Origin: Octopus bimaculoides
Taxonomy: Eukaryota
Reading direction: 5' to 3'
DNA length: 64,000 nt
NCBI RefSeq assembly: GCF_001194135.2
Contig: NC_068993.1
Span: 63,155,992 to 63,219,991 of the forward strand
The notes under the pieces were generated by a model. It was not told the DNA's origin, made no database searches, and worked only from the letters and a program-made list of their open reading frames with translations. Position numbers and translations under genes: made by a program. Of the stretch, positions 38,131 through 50,713 are shown one piece after another; the first letter of the stretch is position 1, and the number at the start of each line of letters is the position of its first letter.

Positions 38131-39057
38131 CATTAAAGGAGGCAAGGTTGGTTTTTGCCTTCCGCTCTTGATTGTTGGGGGTCAATGTAATCAATGTAAT
38201 CTACTGAGTGAGACAGACCAATATCAATGACCTTTTTTGACCTTACCAAAGCATCAGTAAGAGTCTGTGGAACCTTATGAACCAGACTGAAATTCGGTTT
38301 GGTCAGTCAGTTACTGTTCATGAGATGCATCAGTTGAATAAGATTCAAAACAGTATTTTTTTTATATTTGACAAAAGCAAGATGCTTCCCCTGTAGTTTC
38401 CACAATTTAATTTGTTTCTTTTTATTGAAAATGGTAATAACAGTTGTATATGTGAGGTCAGCCAGAAACGAGAGCTGTGCACAGAGCTGAGATAGCGTAC
38501 GAAACAGTTATTAGTGCTACATTGTTGGATTTATGTATTTCTTCCTCAAAATTCTGTCGTATCCACATATTTTTGTTGCTTTTCAAGGAATGGACTGTTT
38601 TGTTTGGTGACTGCTGTGTCGGGCTGTATAGCTGAAGCCTTTATATGTTGTTGTCCAGATATCTTTCTTTAACTGCACTGGACATGTTCTTTCTATCAGT
38701 TTTTGATATCTGCTTGTCCTTTTAAAAGTTTTGTAATGCCTTTGGTTCTGAGGGTGTTGGACATGGACTCTAATTATAGATTCTTTGAGTCACTCTGAAG
38801 AAATCTTTTATGTTATGTGTGTCAGCTAATTTCTCTATTTCAAATGCTATGGCTTGACATTAACGTATGTATATATGTGCATGTGTGTAGCTATATATAT
38901 ATATATGTGTGTGAATATGAATGTATGTCTATGTATGTATGAATATGCATACAGACACACATGCAAACTCATACAACAGCAGAGGGAAAATCATGTTTCT
39001 TTCATGCTTTTATTTAGCAAAGACATGTTGCAAGCCTGCTGCCAATATGTTGGCATA

Positions 39058-39098
39058 TCATTCATCTAATTCCAGTTTTATTTCTCTGCTAGTAGATT
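39058..39098 (-). CDS. Candidate terminal exon, phase 1, (E)STSREIKLELDE*
   Basis: ctactgtactgactatccacag|AA, with a branch-like tactgac. Confidence 0.2.
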
Positions 39099-39135
39099 CT
39101 GTGGATAGTCAGTACAGTAGTTCCAACATCTCACA

Positions 39136-39183
<48 letters not shown>

Positions 39184-39583
39184 CACACGCATTAGAATTA
39201 ACTTGTATTCACGTAACTGCTGAGTAAGCATTCATTTAAAATCAAATTATGAGACACAGTAAAATGGAATATACTGAATAGGTATTCCCCAGATACCATT
39301 TTATCTTCCAGTTCATTGCCTTGCTGCCCTGTGTTCAATATCTACCTTGTCTAGAGTTTTTTTCCTTTTCACCTCTTCTGGTGTAATATTTATTGTGTTG
39401 TCTATTGCTCAAGGGATGAGGTGGGTGGAGTTGATAGAATTAACCCCCAGTACACCACAAGTACTTATACAAAACAGCAAAGAAATCTTTATGTGATCAT
39501 ACAACCTACAAGAATCAGTACACAGTTGTGATATTTATTTCTTTCATATCACAAATAGTGAACAATAAACTTGTTCGTTAAAG

Positions 39584-39610
39584 ATTTCCCATGCACCAGT
39601 CGTTGGTTCG
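39584..39610 (+). other. Candidate plus-strand 27-nt exon (ISHAPVVGS or DFPCTSRWFG)
   Basis: ttgttcgttaaag|ATTTCC...GGTTCG|gtatgt. Confidence 0.2.
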
Positions 39611-40163
39611 GTATGTTTCTCACAATGCAAGAGTGGAATGAAGATGTCTGTGTTTTTTCATTTCTTGCCAATGTTTATAACATTCACAAATACACATCAG
39701 GGAAAGAGAGAGAGAGAGGGAGACACATGCACGCGCACGCACGCACACATTACCCTTCTCTTATAGTCTCAGGTTGACAAATGCACTGTGATTGAAATTG
39801 GTTAACAGTAACTGAAAAGAATTTCATCATTTACACACGTGTCTGGGACTCTCCTCGTTTGCATCACTTGGACATAAGTGATGTTGTTGACTTCCCTGCA
39901 TTAACAATGTGGAATAAGAGGAGCTTAATTGATCAGAAGCTAGAGTTGGTGTCAAGGAGTGAATTCTCTTGTAACCCATGCCACCATGGGAAAATGGACA
40001 TAAAAATAGAATAAAACGATGTGTGTTTGTTTTGGGCTTCCACATAGTCTCCATCTACCAAATTCTACCAATAAGGTATTGGGGAATCTAAGGCTATAGT
40101 AAATATTACTTTCCTGAGATGTTATACACTGGAAATCAACCTGGAACCACATGGTTCCATCTC

Positions 40164-40634
40164 AACTGTTGAGGAACTAGCAGAGAAGCTTGGATTTGGT
40201 CATTCAACCAGTCATTTAAGTCAGTGCTAGAAGGAAAATGACTATCTTTGGTTTCAAGACAAAAGGTGTTCTTTCATCAGGATAATGTTCGGCCACATTC
40301 AGTGAGGATGACATTCCAAAGGCTGGAGCAGTTTTACTGGGAAACGATGTCCCATCCACCATGTTCACCGGATTATTAATTATTCTGCAGTCTTCAAAAT
40401 CATTTGGATGGAAAAAATATGAATTCTGTAGATGAGGTCAGAACAGCACTGGAGGAGTATTTTTTGTCACGGACAAGTAAATTTTGGAAGAGGGGCCTTG
40501 CAAGTTTACCAGATAGATGGAAGAGCATTGTAGAAAATGAAGGAGAGTAATTTTAGATTAAAACAGAACTTTGTTTATCTTAATTTTGCAAAATAAAAGT
40601 ATAAAAAACCGCATTATTTATGGGATGACCCAAT
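40164..40634 (+). mobile_element. Internally deleted mariner, 3' part with TIR
   Basis: TVEELAEKLGFGHST is fused to VFFHQDNVRPH..HPPCSPD...LPDRWKSIVENEGE. Ends ccgcattatttatgggatgacccaa. Confidence 0.85.
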
Positions 40635-43631
40635 TCACCAAAAAATATATTTGTGTACTGATTCTTGCAGGTTGTATGATCACATAAAGTTTTCCTTGTT
40701 GTTTTGTATAGATACTCGTGGTCTGCTGGGGGTTAATTCTATCAACTCCACCCACCTCCTTCCTTGAACAATAGACAACACAATGTCTCAATAATAATCA
40801 ATAGTCTTTTCCATGTGAAGTGTTCTTGTTCATCTCAAGCATCTCTTGTTTACTGTTACTTTCTTTTGCTTGGTTATATTTCTCTGCTTAATTCTTAGAA
40901 GACTGACTTTTCCATTCATGGAGCTAATCAGGAAATGGATGGAAAAAATTGAAAGGTCAGCAATCAGTTTAGACAATTGTCTTCTTTTATTATATTTTTT
41001 TTAAAAATCAAAATAGCAGAAATATTTTTAAATAGCTATCTTGAAATAGCAAAATGTTGAACAGTTTTAAGATATTTTAGGAAATTCCATGTTTATATAT
41101 TTAAACACTTATACACATCCTTGTGTATGTGTGTAGACAAATGACGCTAACAGAGTAGGGGGCCATGTACTCTAAAATAGCTAATAGAGTAGCGTTATGT
41201 ACTCTAAAAAAATACATGTGTTGGTTAAGAAGTTCATTCTCTAAACCATATTGTCCCTGGTTCAATAACACTGTATGGTACATTGGGCAAGTATTTTTTT
41301 TTTTTTTTACCTTAGGTTTGGGTTGACTAATGCTTTGTGATAAGAATTTGAAGGCAGAAACTGTGCTGAAGCCTCAGTGTGTGTGTATGCATTTTCATTT
41401 GCTTCCAGTTGCATTTCTTTGTATCAAAAGGTAAATTAGCCATTCTATAAATAGATCAATATAATATCAGATTTAGAAAAGTATGGGGTCGATACGATTG
41501 ATTAAAATCTCCTGAAGGCAGGCCCCTAATGTGGTTGCATCTAACTGACTGAAACCAATGAAAGAATATACCTAATATCTGATATTTTGTGTTTTAAAAT
41601 ATACACCCACTGACAGCCAATTGTATACCAATAAGTTTATATTATATAAGCATAAATTTTAGATCTGGATTATGACATCAAGCTGCATGGGGATAAGGCC
41701 TACATTTTTTAGATGCTTTTCAATCTGTGAGTTGGTATTGAACTCCAGCTATCCATAACCAGCCATTGTATAGACGATGGTATTCTAGGTTGTCTGCTAG
41801 TGATATCTATTTCCACTTTCTATACGATTCCCTCTGTGAAACTGCAAAAAGATCAATAAGTTCGGCTTTGGTTGATGCAAACTTTCAACTTTGTGTCTAA
41901 TTGATTGCTTTGATTTTTTTTTTCTCCGATTTTTTTGGAGAAGATGTCAGCAAGTGGGGGTGGGGCAGATGTTGAGGTGGAGCATATTGATTCTATTTCA
42001 TTTGAATAAATGTCTGATTTGAATGCTTCATTGAAATTTGCTTACACCTGAAATACTGAAATGCACAACTTTTCAACAAAGTCAACCAATGATGACTACA
42101 CAAACCATTATGTCATCTGAAATGTCAAAGTGTTTTGGTGAAGAATAAATATTCCATGTATAATATGTCTACATTTAAAGAGACAAACCTCCTGCATCTT
42201 CTGCCACTCATGGGGGTGCTACGAGTGATAGAACAGGGGTGGTGTTGTTATAGCTGTATATGTAGATTGCATGTGGACCAGAATTAGGTTTCAACTAGAA
42301 TGCTGCTCATTCACAGTGGATGGAACAATCAAGACATGTGGACCCTAAGTTGTACATAGGTAACCTGTGTAGTGGAGCAGCAATGCTGAATATAACTTGA
42401 CACAGTATTTTTGCTATGCTTTGTCGTTTTGTTGCAAACAATATCTCTAGTGTCAGTGGCATTCTTTCCTTCTTTCTTTCCTTTCCTTCCTTCTTTCCTT
42501 CTTCCTTTCCTTTCCTTCTTTCTTTCCTTCCTTCCTTTCTTTTCCATCGTTCCTTTCTTTCCTTCTTTCTTTCTCTCTCTCTTTCTTTCTTTCTTTCTCC
42601 CCCCCTCCCTCTCAAGCTCCTGCCTTTCCACTCCTAATTCCTCTTCATGCCCTCTCTCTTGTCTTCTGACTTCCTCCTTCATACAAAGCAGTTCCCTACT
42701 TGACCTTCCTTCCCCAGATAACAGACCCTTCTCTCTTATCTCTCTTGCCTATGTTTTCTTCTAACCTAATATTATGTCAAATATTATGAGACTGTTTGAC
42801 CTGCTAGAAACAACATCCAAATCTTTTACAAATCTCACACACACACACTATTACTTTGAATAAAGAAGGGACACAATAGGTAATGCAGGCCTAGTTATCC
42901 CTAAAATGACAGGTGTGTCATGATTGGAATGTCTTTGATTATTGGCTTACTCATTCAGGGCCAACCAGGAGTTAAAGATTATCATTCAAGCCAATCTTTT
43001 TTTTTTATTTTTGTCAGTCAGTGTGTCTAGGATTACATTGTCGCATGTACGCGTGTATGTTCCCCCTTTTTAGATCACAGGGTATGGTTTAAAGGCAATT
43101 TTGCTGCTATTTTTAGCAGATTGAGTGACAGTACAGAGGCTTCTGAATTCTCTCAGACATGTTGCTGTTGTTTAACTCAAGCTCAACCCTGTTCCAACAC
43201 ATCAGATCAGATATTGTGTTTAGGTCTACATTTTCTAATGTGCCTTATTAAGATAGTAAGGTGTAATTTGAAGAAGGTTTGGCTATTATTTCTGGCAGAA
43301 TGAGCAGCCATATAGAAGCTCTTTCATTGGCCTCTGGACCAAATTCATTTGTTTCCTTTTCCACAAAATTATGTTTGAAATTGGGTTAATTATCACTTTC
43401 ACCATCTTGGTTTCATTTTCTGCAGCGGTAAAGATGCCAAAATTAAGATTTTAACATTTCCTCATAATATTGGCCAATATATTTATTTATGATCAATGTT
43501 TTATGCGTGATCGGTTCTCTCATTCTGGTGTCTGCTGTCAGTGTTGCCTGGTTAAAATATGAAATTTCCCTATGATTTGTTGTTATTCCTATGACCTCTA
43601 CATTTCTAAGTGAAATGTATGTCTGTCTGTT

Positions 43632-43669
<38 letters not shown>

Positions 43670-43905
43670 TGTGTATATTTGCATATATGCATGTTTGTGT
43701 ATATGTGTGTGTTATGTATAATTTTCTGTTTGTCTCTATCTTTTTCTTTTCTTAGTTTGACCACCAATTGATATGTTGGCTCTTTTGCGGTATAGTTTTT
43801 TTTTATCATAACAACAGCAATAATTATAATAGTAATAATAGTAACAATAATAAATTATATATGTATAAAGCATAATTATGATAATTATAGCAATAATTAA
43901 TTGTC

Positions 43906-43957
<52 letters not shown>

Positions 43958-44440
43958 CTTTGTTTTTATAACCTGATTATTATTGTTCACCATAATCATC
44001 ATTCTTTGTTTTCTGTGCTGGTCCAAGTCAGTTCATATTTGGAGTAACTGCTGCTATATGTGTACATACATGCATACATGTGTATTGTAATAGTAGTAGT
44101 AGTAGTGGTGGTGGTGGTGGTGGTCTCTCTGTCTCTTGAGTTTGTTTCATGAGTGTATAACTCTCAGTATAGGTTTGTTTATGTATTTGGGTCTTTCATA
44201 TCAACATCGTCATCATCATCGTCATCACCATCATTCTCTATTATTATTTTTATCATATAAATTCAAATTTACAGTCATTATTTTCTTATCTGATCATTTT
44301 GGTTATTTTTGTATTTTATCTTACCTAAAAAATTTTTATCAGATATTATTGAATTTTTATAGTTCTTCTTCAAAATTGTCCTTTTTTTTTCATTTTCTAC
44401 AAATATTATTTTACATTCATATATCATTATTTCTTTCAAT

Positions 44441-44625
44441 ATGGCAGCGAGCTGACAGAGTGGTTAGCACGCCGGGCAGTATTTCGTCTGTCTTTACGTT
44501 CTGAGTTCAAATTCCGCCGAGTTTGACTTCGCCTTTCATCCTTTCGAGGTCGATAAATTAAGTACCAGTTGCATACTGAGGTTGATCTAATCGACTGGCC
44601 CCCTCCCCCAAAATTTCAGGCCTTT
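44441..44625 (+). mobile_element. Family-1 SINE, young copy
   Basis: ggcagcgagctgacagagtggttagcacgccggg...gagttcaaattccgccgag...cgactggcccctcccccaaaatttcaggcc. Confidence 0.85.
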
Positions 44626-45492
44626 TATTTGCCCACTTTGGAAACCTGTTTTATCCAATGCTCTGTCATGATTTTAATGTCCACTTTTCCATGCTTGCGT
44701 GGGTCAGACGGAGAGATTTTGGAGACAGATTTTCTCTGGCAGGATGTTCTTCCTGTCACCAGACATGTTTCCAAGCAAGGTAATATTTCCCCATGGCCAA
44801 ACAGGTTTCCACTGAAAGAACAAAAGATGAAGTTTATCTTGGTGGGATTTGAACTCAAAACACCAAGAGCTGCCACAACACTTTAGAATTTTTAATTTCC
44901 TAATCTTCATGATATTTTTAAAGTAACAGACTGGAACAGAACCGTTTCTCATTTTATTTTATTTTATTCATTTATATATATATTTTTTTTTTTATACATT
45001 CTCTTGGAAATGCTATCATGCTCTGTCTGCCTTTTTCTATCAATTGTGGATTTTTAAAAAAATTATCAGCTTTTTTTTTCTTGATTATTGTTATTATTTA
45101 GTCTAATTCAGTTTCTCAATTATTTAGTAACAAGATGATCAGAAGACTTGATAACTTTCAGCATAAATGTAGGCCAATTTCTATTTGTGGTGGTGGCAGT
45201 GGTGGCAAAGGTGGTGTGGTGTATTTTACTTTGATGGTGGTGGTGCTGCTGCTGCTTGATGTTGCTGTTGCTTCTTCTTCAGAATTGTAACTCAACCATA
45301 CTTTCTTCTCATCACACCTGAAGCTATTACCATTAACTCCCCCCTCTCTCTCTCTCTCTCCCTCTCTCTCTGATGACTAAATTATGTGCATACATGCATA
45401 CCTGTCTACCTCTTATGTGTCTCTATTTCATGTAGCTTTCCACTCTCCTCAGTCACAATATATTTACATATACACACATACACACACACACA

Positions 45493-46010
45493 CCATGACT
45501 GCTGAGGACATGTGTAAGCTTGCAAGGAATGAAGCCAGTATGCTCCACTGGATGTGTAATGTCAGTGTGCATACTCGACAGAGTGTAAGCGCCTTGAGAG
45601 AAAAGTTGGACCTAAGAAGCATCAGATGTGGTGTGCAAGAGAGACGACTGCACTGGTATGGTCATGTGGTGAGAATGGATGAGGACAGCTGTGTGAAAAA
45701 GTGTCACACCCTAGCAGATAAGGGAACCTGTGAAAGAGGTAGACCCAGGAAGACCTGGGATGAGGTGATGAAGCACAACCTTTGAACATTGGGCCTTACA
45801 GAATCAATGACAAGTGACCGAGACGTTTGAAGATATGCTGTGCTTGAGAAGACCCGGCAAGCCAAATGAGACCATAACTGTGGAGAAGACTCAGCAAGCC
45901 AAGTGAGACCATTACCGTAGCCTATGCCAGTGCAGCATAACCAGCCCATTTAAGAGTACCCTTCAATCATTGGGCAATAAACTATGCTTGTGAAGACCTG
46001 TTGAGTCAAG
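45493..46010 (+). mobile_element. 5'-truncated RTE LINE: ORF2 C-terminus plus 3' UTR
   Basis: MTAEDMCKLARNEASMLHWMC...ERRLHWYGHVVRMDEDSCVKKC...RGRPRKTWDEV, canonical RTE motifs WYGHV.RM and RGRP.K.W. Confidence 0.9.
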
Positions 46011-46627
46011 TGAAGTCAATATTGTAGCCAATGCCAGTATGTGTGTGTGTGTATACCTTTGTGTTTGTCACTGATCACCACTTGAGAACTGGTATTAATT
46101 TGTTTATGTCCCCATAACTTAGCAGTTCAACAAAAGACACCAATAGAGTAAGTACCAGGCTTAAAAAATGAGTACTGGGTTGATTTATTCAAGTAGATAC
46201 CTTCAAGGTGGTGCCTGCCCCAGCACGGACACAGTCCTACAACTAAAACGTGTATGTGTGTATGCATGTCGAGTTGTGTGTTCAGGAAGTAATATCTCTT
46301 TACTCCTCTTTTCTTCTTTCCCTCTTCTCTCTTTTCCCCTTTCCCTCCTCTCCCCATCTCTCTCTCTCTAACCCCCTCCCCCACTATCACCACCAGCCTG
46401 TCTAATCAATAATCCATCTATTAACAAAGTAATGTCTCAGCTTGATTTACTTCAGTCAATAGAACAAACTCTATTTAATAATATTTAATAGATTATTTAA
46501 TTAAAATACATTGCATTACTGTTGTCAATCCGTTTTAGGGAATTAGTAACAGGGGCCACTAGACTAAGGGTTTTATTTTCACCATTCATTACCCCAAAGT
46601 AGTTCTTCATTTTGATCTTCACTCAAT

Positions 46628-46713
<86 letters not shown>

Positions 46714-46787
46714 CACACACACACGCACACACATATTCATACACATCCATGTGTGTTGGGATAGTTGCACATGTGTGTGTGTGCATC

Positions 46788-47100
46788 ATCATCATCATCA
46801 TCAGTCTATTTTCCATGCTGGCATGAATTGGACAGCTTAACAGATGCTAGCAAGCTAGGGAGCTGCGCCAGGCCCCAGTTGTCTGTTCTGGCAAGGTTTC
46901 TACAACAGGATGCCCCTCCTAACACCCAACCACCAGCAGTGCTATATACATGGCACCAGCGCTGGTGTTTTGTACGCGATGCCAGCGCTGATGCTTTCTA
47001 TGCGGCACCCAGAAAATATTCCCATCCTCTTTGGTGAGGGACTGAAGCCTCAAACACAACCACTGCCCCTTGCTACACATTGCAGTCCTGAATGTCACCA
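46788..47100 (-). mobile_element. RTE-type tail/SINE
   Basis: (CAT)n followed by ttttccatgctggcatg...ggatgcccctcctaacacc. Confidence 0.7.
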
Positions 47101-47352
47101 TTCCATCTTTGTCAGATGAAATTCTTACTCTGTATTTCATCTCCTCTATTCTAAATTTTATCAAATTGTACAACCCATGCCAGCAGGAAAATGGATTTAC
47201 AGAATCGACTGGTGATAGACTTCCAACTTCAGGCCTTGCCTTAGGATTTTCTGGAGTTCTCTACCAATCTAAAGACATTTTGTTAGCCTGGTGTTTTTGT
47301 ATTAACAGAGAGCCTGAGAAGTATTTTGCCAAGATTGATAATTCCTTATTGA

Positions 47353-47403
<51 letters not shown>

Positions 47404-47476
47404 ACATCCATCCATACATACATACACACATACATACATACGTCCATCCATCCATCCATACACACACGCACATACA

Positions 47477-47507
<31 letters not shown>

Positions 47508-47644
47508 TAGACGTATGTAAATATATGATCATTCATCTGTTATGTTGTGTCAGGTTATTAATTGTCAACTCTCCGGTTAACCGTTTCCAACACCATCTCA
47601 TCCCCCCTCCACACACACACACACACACACACACACTTCCACAC

Positions 47645-47707
47645 CGTATCATGTATCAAGCCATCTGTCTTATCGTTCGACAGTTTTCGTTTTCGAGGGT
47701 CGACTAC
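47645..47707 (-). CDS. Candidate 63-nt exon, VVDPRKRKLSNDKTDGLIHDT (NLS-like PRKRK)
   Basis: aagtgttctcaacag|GTAGTC...GATACG|gtgtgg. CpG-rich island, frame-preserving, weak donor. Confidence 0.25.
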
Positions 47708-48399
47708 CTGTTGAGAACACTTTTCTTGTTCATACGTAACGGCGAGGTTTCTATATAAAATGTGTGTGCGTGTGCGTGTATACATTCACACACGCTCGTA
47801 TATACACTCGCACACACATATGTATGCATATATGCTTACACGTATATGTTTTCCTTGCCTAAAGCTGTTAGACAATCTACTACGATAAAACAAAACCAAA
47901 GAGAAAGAGAAAAAAAAAGCAATATTGCCCGATATATTGGCTGTATTGAATGACGTAAATGAATTTTGGATTCTATTAATAATTTCTCTAGCTATTAACT
48001 CTCTATTTACTCTCTACTTACGCTCTATTAACTCTCTATTTAAACTCTACATTTCAGTCTTGACGTGTTGCCTTGTTTTTGTTTATTTCATTCTTTTCGC
48101 TTTCTTATCTCTTTTGTTTATTGTTTTTGTTTTTTAGTGCATGATATTTTTGCTTTCGTTTTTACCATTCTGTATAATGATGAAAAAAATGCAACCATGG
48201 TAAGAAACTCTATACAGTTGCTTGACATCCTAGAAATAGCAGCCTAATCTCTGCTATTCACTGTCTACTGTCTCATAAAAGAAAGAAAGACTTAATCTAG
48301 TCCGATATAGACTGTACCTAATAATAAGATGCGATGGCCATTATAGGAATGCCTTTAATCCTTTCTCCTATCCAAATAATTTTCCTATGTTTGTCCTAG

Positions 48400-48680
48400 A
48401 CGTCCGTGCTTGTGTTCATACTTTTAAGTCTTCCCTTGTCTCATATGAAAAGAAATTTTTATATTACTCGGAGAATAAGTCCCAAAGTTAGTCCAGTGGT
48501 TGAAAAAAAACCAAGGGAATCTGTATCTTATGATGCATGGACATGGGGGAAATGTCCTGTGCGACACGTGTTAGACAGGACAGACAAAGGGTCAGTCATG
48601 GGTCTACATCTTTTTTATTTTGTATCCGAGTGGTATAGTTGTCTCTCCAATATGTCACTGGACAAATTTTGTGAAGAGTA
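48400..48680 (-). mobile_element. Possible Penelope-like GIY-YIG remnant
   Basis: Minus translation HIGETTIPLGYKIKK resembles YIGET.RPL..RI.EH, followed by SVLSNTCRTGH. Heavily decayed. Confidence 0.3.
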
Positions 48681-48684
48681 TAGG

Positions 48685-48910
48685 GCGGCAAGCTAGCAGA
48701 ATCGTTTCGTTTTTTTTTTTTTATTTGTATTAAGTTTTCTTTGCGTTTGCTTGCTGGACCAAATGCATAGTGGCATTTCGTCTGTCTTTACACTCTTGAG
48801 TTCAAATCCTGCAGAAGTCGACTTGGGATCGAAAAATAAATACCAGTTGAGCACTGGGTTGATGTAAACGACCGAAATTGCTGGCCTTGTGCCAAAATTT
48901 GAAACCAATA
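48685..48910 (+). mobile_element. Family-1 SINE, degenerate
   Basis: ggcggcaagctagcagaatcg...gagttcaaatcc...gctggccttgtgccaaaatttgaaacc. Confidence 0.75.
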
Positions 48911-49489
48911 TGTTATCGACCCTGGAGATGAAAGACAGTTCTAACCTCCATTTGGATTTTGAACACACAAATGTTAGGCACTGAGCTAGATCTCATAATG
49001 AATGCTAGTCAGGACCCTACCAGTTGTACCAAACATCCTCCATTTTATACTTAAGTAAATATTATCTATTTAAATTACCCCTACAAGTATTCTCTTGTGA
49101 TTAGACTGTGCTAAGTTATCCTGTCTTATCACATTACTATTCAATCTACCTGCTACCTACAAAATATCCTGTTTTTACTTCTTACTTGTAATCATTCCTT
49201 TACCTACAAAATTTCCTTCTTCCTACCTGTGATCATTCCTTCACTCATGATCTGTCAGTCAGCCTCCTACTCTCTTGTCTGCTTCCAAACCCCCTCATCT
49301 CCTCTACCCCCTACTCTTTTATTCTGTCACCAGTTCTTTCATCTGCCTAGAATTCCTTCTCCATTGTCTCTTAGGTCTCCCATGAGCCCTAGGACACTTC
49401 AAAGGACAGAGTTTAACTTGGTTTTCACGACATGAATAACTGACATTACAACACTTCCCACCTGGATGGGATGCCAGTCTGTTGCAAGG

Positions 49490-49940
49490 TTAACTTTGGA
49501 AATCATTTACAGCTGAGTTAACTGGAGCAACATAAAATGAACTGGCTCTCTGCTAGTTACAATGACGAAGATTCCAGTTGATCCGATCAACAGAACAGCC
49601 TGCTCATGAAATTAATGTGCAAGTGGCTGAACACTCCACAGGCATGCAGAGCCTTAACATTGTTCTCAGGAAGATCCAGTGTGACACAGAATGTGACAAG
49701 GCTGGCCCATTGTATTACAGGTACAACCCAAGTTTGCCAGCTGAGTGGACTGGAGCAACATGAAATAAAGTGTCTTGCTCAAGCATACAATGTACTGCTA
49801 GGAATTGAACTCTCGATCTTATAATCATAAGCCAAAACATGAAATGTTTTGCTCAAAACCACGATGCACCACTTGGTTCAGGAATTGAAACAGCGCTATA
49901 ACAATTGTCAGTGCAACACCGTGTCATTAGGCCACACAGC
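49490..49940 (-). mobile_element. Family-3 CORE-like SINE(s)
   Basis: aacagcctgctcatgaaattaatgtgcaagtggctga...aaataaagtgtcttgctcaag, with a duplicated head at about 49835-49940. Confidence 0.75.
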
Positions 49941-50286
49941 TTCGTCCACTGTTCCTCAACTTCCCTACAATCCTTAATCTTCAAAACTATCCTTCTAGGA
50001 GTTCACTGATGCTATATCTTCACCACCAAATGCTGTGTTCCTTTCACACAGCTCCAAAGATCATGGATTTCTAAAGAACGCAAGTGAACAGCGTTGTTGG
50101 TAATGGCTTCTAAAGAAAGGCCCAGGCATCGGACTTTATTTCTCTTTCTTACTTTCAACAAAATTAATCTCTTGCCCTGTCTCTTGAAAACATTCTTAAA
50201 TATATGTTTTGCTTTGTTTTTCAGAAATAAAAATAACTAACGAGTTAGTAATCCTTATTTTAAATTTTTCTTTCAAATTTCTTACA

Positions 50287-50320
<34 letters not shown>

Positions 50321-50612
50321 ATGTATTTACATATGTATGTGTGTATGTGTTTTTATACGTACACACATACATGTGTGTGTGTGTGTAATCAGTTAAGCCT
50401 ATTGTGCTAAACACTGTCTAGTGCACCTAACTGGCAAGAAGCATGCATGCAACTGCAATCAAAAACTAAGAAAATAAGAAACAAAAATCTGTAGCCATTA
50501 AATAATTACTGCACCTGAACAACTTGGTATTATTCTCATTATTGCACCTGAATGACTTGCATCATTCCATATGAAGACGACTTTACAAGAGCTTTAAAAG
50601 AAGACAAAAATT

Positions 50613-50643
<31 letters not shown>

Positions 50644-50713
50644 TGTATGATGTATTTATTAATTTCTTTGTCGTACTGTTTCTTTGTGTGTCTGTCAAGG
50701 CTATTATTCTTAC

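Larger units (their letters stand above)
39392..40784. repeat. Long inverted repeat, arms 39392-39524 and 40652-40784 (133 bp, roughly 85% identical by eye)
   Basis: attgtgttgtctattg.tcaagg...ggtgggtggagttgatagaattaacccccag...ctttatgtgatcatacaacct.caagaatcagtacaca, present again as the reverse complement. Confidence 0.9.

Noticed and set aside
42307-42764. K/E/R-rich and F/L/S-rich ORFs
   Set aside because: They come from a low-complexity (CTTT/CCTT)n tract.
43465-43575. Plus-strand TM-like frame YWPIYLFMINVLCVIGSLILVSAVSVAWLKYEISL*
   Set aside because: It is preceded by an in-frame stop with no acceptor AG in between. T-rich DNA readily gives hydrophobic frames.
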